The notes under the pieces are model-generated. The model had not been told where the DNA came from and made no database searches. It was given only the letters and a program-made list of their open reading frames with translations. From Desulfobaccales bacterium (GTDB taxonomy: Bacteria > Desulfobacterota > Desulfobaccia > Desulfobaccales > 0-14-0-80-60-11), in contig JBAVUP010000014.1 of assembly GCA_049696835.1 (NCBI GenBank), positions 332 through 64,331 on the forward strand: a stretch of DNA of 64,000 bases. Reading direction: 5' to 3'. The position numbers were made by a program, and so were the translations under genes. Below are positions 46,715-56,046 of this stretch, piece after piece. Position 1 is the first letter of the stretch; every line of letters begins with the position of its first letter.

Positions 46715-47153
46715 TGCCTTGGGACGCTCCGAAATCTTTCAGTAAGGGATGGAAATCGGCATCTTCCGGCAGCAAGATGCGCTTCAGGTTGGGATGCCCG
46801 AAGAAATGGATGCCGAACAGGTCAAAGACCTCCCGCTCATACCAGTCAGCCCCCGGATAGATGTGGGAGATGGTGGGCATGCCTTTCTTCTTGCCGAGAG
46901 GCACGTGCACCGCGGTGCGGCACAGCTCCTCGAAACTGGCGAAGTGATACACCAGGTCGAAAGACTCTCTTTCGTCCACCGCGGTGAAGGATTCCAGGAA
47001 GCAGCCGGCGCCGAGCATGGCCCGGGCCACGTCGCTCATTTGGTCAGGTTGGGCCGCCACCTCCAGGTGGTATCCGGTCTTGACGTAGTCGCCCTCGGCC
47101 ACCTTGTCGAGATTCAAGGGGGCCAGCGCTTTTTTCAGATTATCCTTTAGCAT
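46707..47153 (-). CDS. nuoC: NADH-quinone oxidoreductase subunit C
   Basis: 148 aa, ...[33 protein letters not shown]... Confidence 0.92.
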   Translation of the reverse strand: MLKDNLKKALAPLNLDKVAEGDYVKTGYHLEVAAQPDQMSDVARAMLGAGCFLESFTAVDERESFDLVYHFASFEELCRTAVHVPLGKKKGMPTISHIYPGADWYEREVFDLFGIHFFGHPNLKRILLPEDADFHPLLKDFGASQGND

Positions 47154-47640
47154 CTCTGAACTTCCTGAGGCGGCCCCGTTGGGTGATCTTTTCTTCCAGG
47201 AGGAGGATGCCTTCGATCAAGGTCTCCGGCCGGGGCGGGCAACCGGGGACGTAGACGTCCACGGGGATGATGAGGTCGGCGCCGGGGACGATGGCATACT
47301 GGGTGGGATAATAGAACGGGCCACCGGAAATGGCGCAGTTTCCCATGGCGATGACCCATTTGGGGGCCGGCATCTGCTCGTAGAGCCGCACCACCGCGGG
47401 CGCCATCTTCTTGGAGATGGTGCCGGCCACGATCATCAGGTCGCATTGCCGGGGTGAAGGCCGGAAAACCTCGGCCCCGAAACGGGCCAGATCAAACCGG
47501 GCCATGCCCACGGCCATCATCTCGATGGCGCAGCAGGCCAGGCCGAAGGTCATGGGCCACAGGGAGTTGGCCCGGGCCAGGTTGAGGGCCTCTTCCAGTA
47601 ATCCGAATTGGATTAGGGGTTCACCTGTTTTCGTTTCCAA
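47140..47640 (-). CDS. nuoB: NADH-quinone oxidoreductase subunit B
   Basis: 166 aa, ...[17 protein letters not shown]...[13 protein letters not shown]...VPGCPPRPE... Confidence 0.94.
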   Translation of the reverse strand: METKTGEPLIQFGLLEEALNLARANSLWPMTFGLACCAIEMMAVGMARFDLARFGAEVFRPSPRQCDLMIVAGTISKKMAPAVVRLYEQMPAPKWVIAMGNCAISGGPFYYPTQYAIVPGADLIIPVDVYVPGCPPRPETLIEGILLLEEKITQRGRLRKFRDAKG

Positions 47641-48005
47641 CTGAACACTCCTCTGTTCCAGGCATAGACGATGACCAGGGACAGAATGCCGATAAAGATG
47701 GTCACTTCAATGAAGTCCCGCCAGACATAGCCTTTGCCGTAGGCCAACAGCACCGGGAAGAGAAAGAGCACATCCACGTCGAAGGCCAGGAAGAGCAAGG
47801 CAAAGAGATAGTAGATCACCGCCACCTGTATCCAGGCGCTGCCGATGGTGGGCATGCCGCATTCATACACGGCGTCCCGGGCGGCGCCGTAGCTGCGGGG
47901 GGCGATCAGGTAGGCAATGACCAAGGGACCCATGGCGAACAGCGCGGCTGCCACCAGGTAGACGAGGACAAACGAGAAATCGCTCAAGGCCTGCGGAATT
48001 TCCAA
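47613..48005 (-). CDS. nuoA: NADH-quinone oxidoreductase subunit A
   Basis: 130 aa, ...[38 protein letters not shown]... Confidence 0.92.
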   Translation of the reverse strand: MEIPQALSDFSFVLVYLVAAALFAMGPLVIAYLIAPRSYGAARDAVYECGMPTIGSAWIQVAVIYYLFALLFLAFDVDVLFLFPVLLAYGKGYVWRDFIEVTIFIGILSLVIVYAWNRGVFSWKRKQVNP

Positions 48006-48289
48006 CGCCCGACTCCTTGTGCTTTTTGGTACAACCTCGCTTTTTATATCCTAGCCCGGAAAACATAGTCAAGGAGTTTTTTCCCGAAAAGATAAAAATC
48101 TTCCGGTTCGCCTGCAACGGCGGGATCGGAGAGCGTTTTCCCCTGGGGAAAATTCGCCTCTGGATGGATTTTAGCAGCCGATTCGTTAGCAATATGTTAC
48201 ATTGACGGCAACCGCATCAAGGACCGATCCGGACCCAAAACCCCAAGGGTGCTTACCTTATCGCCGCAGGAAAGGAGTGCTCAGGCTTC

Positions 48290-49024
48290 ATGGCCAACTG
48301 GGCCGAGGTGACCATGCCGGCGTTTGAGGAACTGCGGCGCCAAACCCGCACGGTGATCTTTCCCGTGGGCTCCCTGGAGGAGCACGGGCCGCACCTGCCC
48401 CTGGGTACGGATACCTTTCACGCCCTGGAGGTGGCCCGGCGGGTGGCCAAACTACAACCGGTGGTGATTGCCCCGCCGCTGTTCTACGGGATGTGCCGCT
48501 CTACCCGGGAGCATCCGGGGACGGTGAGCATCTCCGGAGACACCTTGCGGGCCCTGCTCCTGGACGCGGGCCAGGAATTTTATCGCCAGGGCTTGCACCA
48601 TCTCGTGTTTATCAGCGGCCACGCCGGGGGCACCCACATCAGCGCCATCGTGGAGGCCGGTGAACGGCTGCTGGCGGAGTTGCCCGAGGCCAAGGTCGCG
48701 GTGGTCAACCTGCTGGAGTTGCTCCGGGAGGTGCTGGCGGAGAAACCGGGACTGGTCCATACCCGGGGGGACTCCCATGCCGGGGAGGTGGAGACGGCCG
48801 TCATGCTGGCGGCTCACCCCGACCTGGTGCGGGGCACGGCTCCGGAGGAATGGCCGAGCTTTCCCCAATATGTGTTGGTGCGGGATAAACGCCGCTACTG
48901 GCCCGGAGGCGTTTGGGGCAATCCGGGGGCGGCCACCGCCGCCCAGGGTGAGGAAATCCTTGAAGCGGAGGCCATCCGTTTAGCTAAGGTTATCAGTATG
49001 TTAGAAGAGATAGGGAACCGTTAG
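48290..49024 (+). CDS. Creatininase-family amidohydrolase
   Basis: 244 aa, ...FPVGSLEEHGPHLPLGTDT...ISGHAGG...GDSHAGEVETAVML... Confidence 0.8.
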   Translation: MANWAEVTMPAFEELRRQTRTVIFPVGSLEEHGPHLPLGTDTFHALEVARRVAKLQPVVIAPPLFYGMCRSTREHPGTVSISGDTLRALLLDAGQEFYRQGLHHLVFISGHAGGTHISAIVEAGERLLAELPEAKVAVVNLLELLREVLAEKPGLVHTRGDSHAGEVETAVMLAAHPDLVRGTAPEEWPSFPQYVLVRDKRRYWPGGVWGNPGAATAAQGEEILEAEAIRLAKVISMLEEIGNR

Positions 49025-49101
49025 GTTTTTTCCTTGACAATATTTCGTCAATGTACAAAGATACAAGTACATACCATCGGACCAGAAAGGGAATATCTTT
49101 A

Positions 49102-49350
49102 ATGATCTCGGAAGCCATTGAACATATTGCCGACCGGGTATTAGCCTACGAAGAAGCCGATCTTATCGCCCTCCTCAATCATTTCAAAGCTCGCATGGAA
49201 GAATTTCAACCTGGCCCCGCCTGGGAACGGGCGGTCATTGCCTACTTTTTAATCAATGGCGTCCGGGTAAAAAATGCTTTGAAACAGGGGAAATTGAACG
49301 GCCAGGAGCGAGTCCCGGGAAGCCGCCCGGCTTTGCGGGTGGTTAAATAG
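49102..49350 (+). CDS. Hypothetical protein
   Basis: MISEAIEHIADRVLAYEEADLIALLNHFKARMEEF... 82 aa from the internal ATG. No family recognised. Confidence 0.4.
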   Translation: MISEAIEHIADRVLAYEEADLIALLNHFKARMEEFQPGPAWERAVIAYFLINGVRVKNALKQGKLNGQERVPGSRPALRVVK

Positions 49351-49654
49351 GCGATAGGTTCCTTTTTTTCCTGCCAAGACCTCCATCCCTTCCTCCCTCC
49401 CCGGGAAGAGTTCTCTGTGCTTTTATCCATCAGTCTTCCCACTTGCCTCGCCAAAGCGCGCCCATAGATAAGCCTGGAGACGTTCAGCCAAATGACCCTC
49501 CATTGCGGCAGGTTTTGGAGAAAATTGCCTACTGAGATTAATTTATTAAATATCCCTGTAAGTTAGCTCGTAGCCCGGCATCCTCTTGCTTGACAGGGAA
49601 CGGCTCCTGCTTATCTTTTAAACAAAAATATTTCCCCAAAGGAGACGTTTCGCT

Positions 49655-50275
49655 ATGCAGCGGAAAACGGCAGCTCTGGTGACGATGGCGGCAGTCATAT
49701 TTCTCGTGGTGACTGGCGCACTGGCTGGCAAGGTGCTCTTTGAGGATAAATTCGCGACGATGGATCCCTCCTGGGGAGCTTCCAGCGCTATCATGAATGT
49801 CAAAGACGGGAAGTTCGTCATCACCCCCGAAAAGAACACCACGCAGACCATCCTGAATCAGGCCAATGTTCTTCCTAATGACATGGAGGCCAGCTTTACC
49901 ATGACTTTTCTCCAGGTCCCGGCTCCCACCTGGGGTAGCGGCCTGGTCTTTTGGGCCAAAGATTATGACGAATATTATGCCCTCCTGATTAACGCCCAGG
50001 GCTGGTTTGCCGTCCAACGTCATGTGGCCAACCGTTATCTGCTGCCGGTGGCCTGGCGGGAGAACGACGCGATCAAGAAAGGCGAGGGCGCCGAGAATCA
50101 GGTCAAGGTGGTGTGCAAAGGCAACCAGGCCACCATTATCATTAACGGCAAGGAGGTCATCGGCTTGCAGGGCCAGCCGCCCCAGGGCGGCAGCCTGATC
50201 GGGCTCAAAGTGGCCTCGGGACCGGAAGGCGCCAATTCGGTGGGCTTTGGCAATTTACAGGTAACGCAACCTTAA
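49655..50275 (+). CDS. Secreted/anchored protein with a probable concanavalin-A-like (DUF1080/LamG-type) beta-sandwich
   Basis: N-terminal hydrophobic anchor AALVTMAAVIFLVVTGALAG. Beta-rich pattern ...WGSGLVFWAKDYDEYYALLINAQGWFAVQR...VKVVCKGNQATIIINGKEV... The fold call is an inference. Confidence 0.5.
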   Translation: MQRKTAALVTMAAVIFLVVTGALAGKVLFEDKFATMDPSWGASSAIMNVKDGKFVITPEKNTTQTILNQANVLPNDMEASFTMTFLQVPAPTWGSGLVFWAKDYDEYYALLINAQGWFAVQRHVANRYLLPVAWRENDAIKKGEGAENQVKVVCKGNQATIIINGKEVIGLQGQPPQGGSLIGLKVASGPEGANSVGFGNLQVTQP

Positions 50276-50342
50276 GGTGAGCGTTGCCGATGATACGGAT
50301 GATCAGGGCGAGTCGTCGGAAGTCTTGAGAGGGAGAGAAATA

Positions 50343-50645
50343 ATGCATAACTTGAGCAAATGGGCGCATACGTGGCTGGGAGCCCTGGCGGGAGTGGCCG
50401 CCGGGTTGCTGTGCCTGGTTTCGGTGACCGTAAGCCAGGCCGCCACCGAACCCCTAAAGGGCCAAGCGGTGGAGAAACCGGTGCAGGGGCAGCAATTGTG
50501 CCCGGCGACCCCAGGCGCGGGGCCGTGCAAGGTCGTCCTCGATTGCCCCGCGGTCAAAGCTCCGGGGAAGACCACCTGCCAGGCCACCATTGATTGCCCC
50601 CCGGTCAAGCCCGTCAAACCCAAAAAGAAACCGAAATCAGAATAA
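50343..50645 (+). CDS. Small secreted Cys/Pro/Lys-rich protein
   Basis: MHNLSKWAHTWLGALAGVAAGLLCLVSVTVSQA signal-like N-terminus, then CPATPGAGPCKVVLDCPAVKAPGKTTCQATIDCPPVKPVKPKKKPKSE. Confidence 0.45.
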   Translation: MHNLSKWAHTWLGALAGVAAGLLCLVSVTVSQAATEPLKGQAVEKPVQGQQLCPATPGAGPCKVVLDCPAVKAPGKTTCQATIDCPPVKPVKPKKKPKSE

Positions 50646-50796
50646 GCCGGCGTCAGAGTAGTGGTGGGGCCGAGGACTGGCTCGAGGGGCCGAAACCGTG
50701 GGGTTTCGGCCCCTTACCGTTGTCGGCGCCATTTTCCTCCTTCCTAAAGAGGGGGCACGGCAGTAGGGTCCGGCAGGAAACGTGCCTTTCAAAGGT

Positions 50797-50853
50797 GCCC
50801 AAGCAGAGCTTGGGCCCAAAAACCCGTTCCCAAGCAGGAGCTTGGGAACGAGG
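50797..50853. repeat. 57-nt double-hairpin repeat (copy 2)
   Basis: gcccaagcagagcttgggcccaaaaacccgttcccaagcaggagcttgggaacgagg. Compare 38031-38087. Confidence 0.85.
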
Positions 50854-50878
50854 AATCAACCTAGATTCTCAGGAAATT

Positions 50879-50946
50879 GTCATTCTGAGCGCAGCGAAGA
50901 ATCTAGTAATGTCAAAGTCTAGACCCTGCGCTTCGCTCAGGGTGAC
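50879..50946. repeat. Extragenic hairpin element GTCATTCTGAGCGCAGCGAAGAATC ... CTGCGCTTCGCTCAGGGTGAC
   Basis: CTGAGCGCAGCG (50885-96) pairs with CGCTTCGCTCAG (50929-40) with one mismatch. Lies downstream of der. Confidence 0.6.
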
Positions 50947-50988
50947 AGCAAAAATAGATTTTGAAATAGGTTGTAAGCCCGGTTCCGG

Positions 50989-52329
50989 CTAGCCCCGGAC
51001 TCGGGACTGGCGGCCCTTGAGGAACAGGCGCACCGGGGCGTAAGGGATCTTCAGCTTCTCCCGGAGCTGCTTCACCAGGTAGCGGCGGTAGTTGTCCGGC
51101 ACCCCCTGGGGTTGATTGACGAAGGCGACGAAGGTGGGGGGGTGGATTTCGGGTTGGGTGAGGTAATAAAACTTGAGGGGGCGGCCCCGGTAGCGGGGCG
51201 GGGGCACCCGGCCGATGATCTCTTTGAGGAGTCGGTTGAGCTCCCCGGTGCCCACCCGGACGCCGCTCTGGGCATGAATCTCGGCGATCAGGGGAAACAC
51301 CCGCTTCAGGTTGTAGCCGGTGATGACCGAGACGGGCAGCACCGGGGCGTAGGCCATAAACTCCAGCCCCGAGGTCACCTTGTCCAGGATGGTTCTGGCC
51401 TTTGGGGTTTCGTGGCGCACCAGGTCCCACTTGTTCACCAACACCAGGCAGTCCTTGGTCTGATCCTCGATGAGTCCGATGATGCGCAGGTCCTGGCCGG
51501 TGAGGCCTTCGACGGCGTCCAGCATGAGCACCGCCACTTCGGCCCGGGACAGGGCCTTGATGGTCTTCAGGACCATTTGGCGTTCCAGGCCGGCCTCCAC
51601 GCGGCTGGGGCGGCGCATACCGGCGGTATCCACCAGGACATAGTCCACCCCGTCCCAGCACAGCGGACTGTCAATGGCGTCCCGGGTGGTCCCGGGGACG
51701 GCGCTCACCAGGAGGCGCTCTTCCCCCAGAAAATGGTTGATGAGAGAGGATTTCCCCACGTTGGGCCGGCCGAGGATGGCCACCCGGATGCCCGGGATCA
51801 GGGCGGAGGGTTCCCGGGGGGCCGGCAGCGCGGCCGCCAACGCCTCCAGCAGAGCCCCCAGGCCCAGGCCGTGGGTGGCGGATACGGGGTGGAGGGGGTC
51901 CAGGCCGAACCGGTAGAAATCCGGCAACTGGGCTTCCAGGCCGGGGTGGTCGATCTTGTTGACCACCAGGAGGATGGGCTTGCCGGTGCGCCGGACATGG
52001 TCCACGACCTCGGCATCGCCTTTTTGGGGCCCTTCCCGGCCGTCCACGACCAGGAGGATGACATCGGCCTCCGCCACCGCGGTTTCGGCCTGACCCCGCA
52101 CCAGTCCCGCCAGGTCTTCTTCGCCGCCTACGAGACCGCCGGTATCCACCAGCCAGACGTGGTGGTCATCCCAGGCGAGGGTGGCGTAATGACGATCCCG
52201 GGTGACGCCGGGGATATTGGCCACCAGGGCCTGGGAAGAACGGGTGAGGCGGTTAAAGAGGGTGGACTTCCCCACGTTGGCCCGGCCGATAATGGCCACC
52301 AGGGGTTGCTCGGCCGGAACCGGGGTCAT
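50989..52329 (-). CDS. der: Ribosome-associated GTPase Der (EngA), tandem GTPase domains plus KH-like domain
   Basis: Two G1 motifs, GRANVGKST and GRPNVGKSS, plus DTGG/DTAG motifs. 446 aa. Confidence 0.94.
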   Translation of the reverse strand: MTPVPAEQPLVAIIGRANVGKSTLFNRLTRSSQALVANIPGVTRDRHYATLAWDDHHVWLVDTGGLVGGEEDLAGLVRGQAETAVAEADVILLVVDGREGPQKGDAEVVDHVRRTGKPILLVVNKIDHPGLEAQLPDFYRFGLDPLHPVSATHGLGLGALLEALAAALPAPREPSALIPGIRVAILGRPNVGKSSLINHFLGEERLLVSAVPGTTRDAIDSPLCWDGVDYVLVDTAGMRRPSRVEAGLERQMVLKTIKALSRAEVAVLMLDAVEGLTGQDLRIIGLIEDQTKDCLVLVNKWDLVRHETPKARTILDKVTSGLEFMAYAPVLPVSVITGYNLKRVFPLIAEIHAQSGVRVGTGELNRLLKEIIGRVPPPRYRGRPLKFYYLTQPEIHPPTFVAFVNQPQGVPDNYRRYLVKQLREKLKIPYAPVRLFLKGRQSRVRG

Positions 52330-53687
52330 TTCAGCGGGGCCAAAAGCTGGGCCAAATTTTTCGGTGGCCAGTGGCGGAGCATCTCTACGGCCCGCTTCAA
52401 CTGGGGATCCCGATTCAGCTCCTCAGGGCTGATGGGGTGGTTCCACGGCTTGTCCGTCAAACCTTCCCGTCGCATGTGCCGGGTGAGGGCCTCATCCCGC
52501 AGTTTCTGGAAGGATTCATTGGTGGGAATCGCCTTGTCCTCCACCACCACGTCGGGCTTAATGCCCTTGTCGTTGATGGTGACCCCGCTGGGGGTGAAGT
52601 ACAGGGCGGTGGTCAGACGCAGGGCCGAGCCGTCGTCCATGGGGATGATGGTCTGGACCGAGCCCTTGCCAAAGCTTTTGGTACCCACGATCAGGGCCCG
52701 TTTCTGGTCTTTGAGGGCACCTGCCACAATCTCGGAGGCCGAGGCGCTCCCTTCATTGATGAGCACGACCATGGGCACCCCGGTTACCTTGTCACTCTGA
52801 CCGGGACGGGCGTAAAAGCGCATGTTCTGGTTGCGGGTGCGGCCTTCGGTGTAGACGATCAGGCCGGATTTCAGGAATTCATCGGAGACGCGCACCGCCT
52901 GCTCCAGCAGCCCGCCGGGATCGTTGCGCAGGTCCAGGATCAGCCCCTTGAAGGGCACCAGACGCTGCTTCATCTTCTTGAGATAAGCCTGGAGATCGTG
53001 ATCGGTCTGATCCTGAAAGTTGGTAACCCTGATGTAGCCGATGCCGTCATCCAAGATGCGGGCCTTGACGCTGCGGATGGGAATGATTTCCCGGGTGATC
53101 ACGACATCTTTGGGGTGTTGGAAGCCTTCCCGGTTGATGGTGAGGGTCACCTTGCTGCCTTTGGGCCCCCGAATCATCTTCACCGCTTCAAGGAGGGTGA
53201 TATTTTTGGTGGAGGTGCCGTTGATCTTGACGATCTGGTCGCCGGCCTTCAAACCGCCATGAAAGGCCGGAGTGCCTTCGATGGGGGAGACCACGGTCAG
53301 GAGGCGGTCTTTCAAGGCAATTTCAATGCCGATGCCGCTGAACTTCCCCTTGGTTTCGATCTGCAATTCCCGGAACTCTTCCGGGGTCATGAACGAAGAA
53401 TGGGGATCCAGGGTACTCACCGCGCCCTGGATGGCGCCGTAGACCAGGTCTTTCGTCGTTTTCGGCTCGGCATACTGTTCTTCGATGAGAGCCAGGGCCT
53501 GGGCAAACACCTTTAGCTTGGCGTCGCTGATGGGGGTAGGCGAGAGTGAGGGTTGCAGATTCTTGACGACGCCCGGGACTACCGGGTTCTGGCCGAAGAC
53601 TGCCATGGGTCCCGCCAAATTCCAACCGAGGACCAAGCCCAGGGCCAGGACCACGCCACCCCAAAGATACGTTTTGCGTGAAATCAT
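52326..53687 (-). CDS. Carboxy-terminal processing peptidase, family S41 (PDZ-containing)
   Basis: 453 aa with an N-terminal anchor, ...GDQIVKINGTS...LRNDPGGLLEQAV...VLINEGSASASEIVAGALKD... Confidence 0.9.
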   Translation of the reverse strand: MISRKTYLWGGVVLALGLVLGWNLAGPMAVFGQNPVVPGVVKNLQPSLSPTPISDAKLKVFAQALALIEEQYAEPKTTKDLVYGAIQGAVSTLDPHSSFMTPEEFRELQIETKGKFSGIGIEIALKDRLLTVVSPIEGTPAFHGGLKAGDQIVKINGTSTKNITLLEAVKMIRGPKGSKVTLTINREGFQHPKDVVITREIIPIRSVKARILDDGIGYIRVTNFQDQTDHDLQAYLKKMKQRLVPFKGLILDLRNDPGGLLEQAVRVSDEFLKSGLIVYTEGRTRNQNMRFYARPGQSDKVTGVPMVVLINEGSASASEIVAGALKDQKRALIVGTKSFGKGSVQTIIPMDDGSALRLTTALYFTPSGVTINDKGIKPDVVVEDKAIPTNESFQKLRDEALTRHMRREGLTDKPWNHPISPEELNRDPQLKRAVEMLRHWPPKNLAQLLAPLK

Positions 53688-53765
53688 GTGCTTGAATCAC
53701 CTTAACGCCTGGAGTCGCCCGGGGCCGGTCCTCCCGGCCGCCGGCGTCACCGGGCGGTATTGTTA

Positions 53766-55028
53766 CTAAGAACGTTGGCCCTTGGGGGCCACCGGTTTCG
53801 GTTTCCCGGAAACCAACAAGGCCACGGCCTGCCGCACCCACGGGTCCTGATCCGGGGACAAGATCTTGACAGGCTCCTTTTCTTGACCTGCGGCGGCCTT
53901 GGGGGTCTGTCCCGGCACCTCGGGTTCCAACCCTTTGCCCTGAATTTTATGGCCCTTGGGCGTATAACACTGGGCCACGGTCATCACCAAGGCGGAATTA
54001 TCCTCCAAGGGGAAGGCCTTGGTAAGGCCGCACAGGCCCAGGGTCTTGGCGCCCAACAAGGTCGCCTGGGCCTGATCCCTGAGGGCTCCGGCCACGATCT
54101 CGGCGGCCCGGGCGGTTCCCTGATCCACCAGTACCACGACGGGCGGTAAGGGTTTGAGCACCAGATCCCGGTCTTTGCCCTTGAAGGATTCTTCAGTCTT
54201 GGGGGACCGCCCTTTGGCCAACACGATCGGTTGGTCCCCCAGGAACAGGGAGGTGCTGCGCACCGCCTGCTCCAGGCTGCCCCGGGCGTCGTTGCGCAGG
54301 TCCAGGATAATGCCCTTGATCGGCGGCTGGTGCTGTTTGACGGATTTCAGGACCTTGTCCAACTCCACCGGCGTTGCATCATTGAAATACCGGATCCGGA
54401 TATAGGCGATGGCGTTATCGAGATACCGGGTGGTAACGGTACCCGGCCCCAAGGGGGCCAACGTCACGGTCAAATCCAGGGGTTTGACCCGGCCGTTTCG
54501 TAATATCTGCAACTTAATGACGGTGCCGGGGGCGCCCTGGAAACGCCGCAGGGCTTCCTGGGTGGTCAGGTTGCGCACCAGGTGCCCGTCGATCTTGATG
54601 ACATGGTCGCCGGGCTTCACGCCGGCCTGAGCCGCGGGGCCGCCATCGATGACGCTGACCACCGTGAGGAGGGTGTCCTTGATGATCAGGTCCAAACCGG
54701 CCTCCGCCGACACCGTTTTATTCCCCTGCAGATAATCTTGATATTCTTTGGGCGTGAGAAACGAGGAGTCCGGGTCCAGGGAATTCATCATCCCCCGCAG
54801 GGAGCCATAAATCAGATCACTCTCATCTTTGGGCCAGACGTATTTCTGGGTGATCTCGAAGAGCGCTTCGGTGTATAGCCGCAGGGAGTCGTACGAGGGG
54901 GTAGGGGCTGCCCAGGCCGGCAGCAGGAAATAGGCCGCCAGCGCCAATGCCAGCATGATCACGCCCCACCGGCGGAATGGTTTCCGCCCATGAGACCCCG
55001 AAGTTTTCCATACCTTGAGATGCTTCAC
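53766..55028 (-). CDS. Second S41-family peptidase paralogue
   Basis: 420 aa, ...GDHVIKIDGHL...LRNDARGSLEQAV...VLVDQGTARAAEIVAGALRD... Confidence 0.88.
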   Translation of the reverse strand: MKHLKVWKTSGSHGRKPFRRWGVIMLALALAAYFLLPAWAAPTPSYDSLRLYTEALFEITQKYVWPKDESDLIYGSLRGMMNSLDPDSSFLTPKEYQDYLQGNKTVSAEAGLDLIIKDTLLTVVSVIDGGPAAQAGVKPGDHVIKIDGHLVRNLTTQEALRRFQGAPGTVIKLQILRNGRVKPLDLTVTLAPLGPGTVTTRYLDNAIAYIRIRYFNDATPVELDKVLKSVKQHQPPIKGIILDLRNDARGSLEQAVRSTSLFLGDQPIVLAKGRSPKTEESFKGKDRDLVLKPLPPVVVLVDQGTARAAEIVAGALRDQAQATLLGAKTLGLCGLTKAFPLEDNSALVMTVAQCYTPKGHKIQGKGLEPEVPGQTPKAAAGQEKEPVKILSPDQDPWVRQAVALLVSGKPKPVAPKGQRS

Positions 55029-55032
55029 GGAA

Positions 55033-56034
55033 CTAACTTTGCCTCCCTGCCATACCGGCGGCTTGCAGGTCCATGGCCGGCGGCGCCAGTTGATTGGCCT
55101 TCCGGGCCATAACCTTCACAGCCGCCTGTTTGATATCCTCAGCGGTCAGACCATAATGTTTCAAGAGATCTCCGGGTTTCCCCGACATGCCGAAGGTGTC
55201 CCGGAGACCGATGCGGGCCATGGGCGTCGGGCAGTGCTCCCCGAGGACTTCGCTGACGGCGCTCCCCAGGCCGCCGGTCACCATGTGTTCTTCGGCGGTG
55301 ACCACCGCGCCGGTGCGCCGGGCCGACTCCACCACCAATTCCCAGTCCAGGGGCTTCAGGCAGGAGAGATTGACGACCCGGGCCTCGATGCCGTCTTGGG
55401 CCAGCAAGGCCGCGGCGTCCAGGCAGGCCTGGACCATGATGCCGATGCCCATCAGGCTGACGTCCCGGCCTTCCCGCAACCGCGAGCCCCGCCCCAGGGT
55501 AAAGGTGTAACTGTCGTCGTAAATCACCGGCAGCGCCATGCGGCCGGTGCGCATGTAGACCGGGCCTTGATAGTCGGCGGCCCAGTGGGTCATGGCCCGG
55601 GTTTCGGGGCCGTCGGCCGGGGCCAGCACCACCATATTCGGCAGGATGCGCATCAGCGCCAGGTCTTCCAGGGCCTGGTGGGAGCCGCCGTCCTCCCCCA
55701 CCGTCACCCCGCCGTGGGAGGCGACGATCTTGACATTGAGGTTGCCGTAGGCGATGGTCTGGCGAATCTGCTCCCAGGCCCGGCCGGTGGCGAACATGGC
55801 GAAGGTGCTGGCAAAGGGGATCTTGCCCCCCAGGGCCAGGCCCGCAGCGGTGCCCATCAAATCCTGCTCGGCGATGCCCACATTAAAGAAGCGGTCCTTG
55901 AAGGCCTTGGCGAAGTGGTGGGTCTGGGTGGAGCCGGACAGATCGGCGTCCAGCACCACGATGTGGGGATTTTCCGCCCCCAGTTGCGCCAGGGTCTTGC
56001 CGTATTCGACTCGGGTACTCTCTTGCGCGGCCAC
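55033..56034 (-). CDS. Transketolase, C-terminal (pyrimidine-binding) subunit
   Basis: 333 aa, ...VVLDADLSGSTQTHHFAKAFKDRFFNVGIAEQDLMG... Confidence 0.9.
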   Translation of the reverse strand: MAAQESTRVEYGKTLAQLGAENPHIVVLDADLSGSTQTHHFAKAFKDRFFNVGIAEQDLMGTAAGLALGGKIPFASTFAMFATGRAWEQIRQTIAYGNLNVKIVASHGGVTVGEDGGSHQALEDLALMRILPNMVVLAPADGPETRAMTHWAADYQGPVYMRTGRMALPVIYDDSYTFTLGRGSRLREGRDVSLMGIGIMVQACLDAAALLAQDGIEARVVNLSCLKPLDWELVVESARRTGAVVTAEEHMVTGGLGSAVSEVLGEHCPTPMARIGLRDTFGMSGKPGDLLKHYGLTAEDIKQAAVKVMARKANQLAPPAMDLQAAGMAGRQS

Positions 56035-56046
56035 GTCGTCCTCGCT

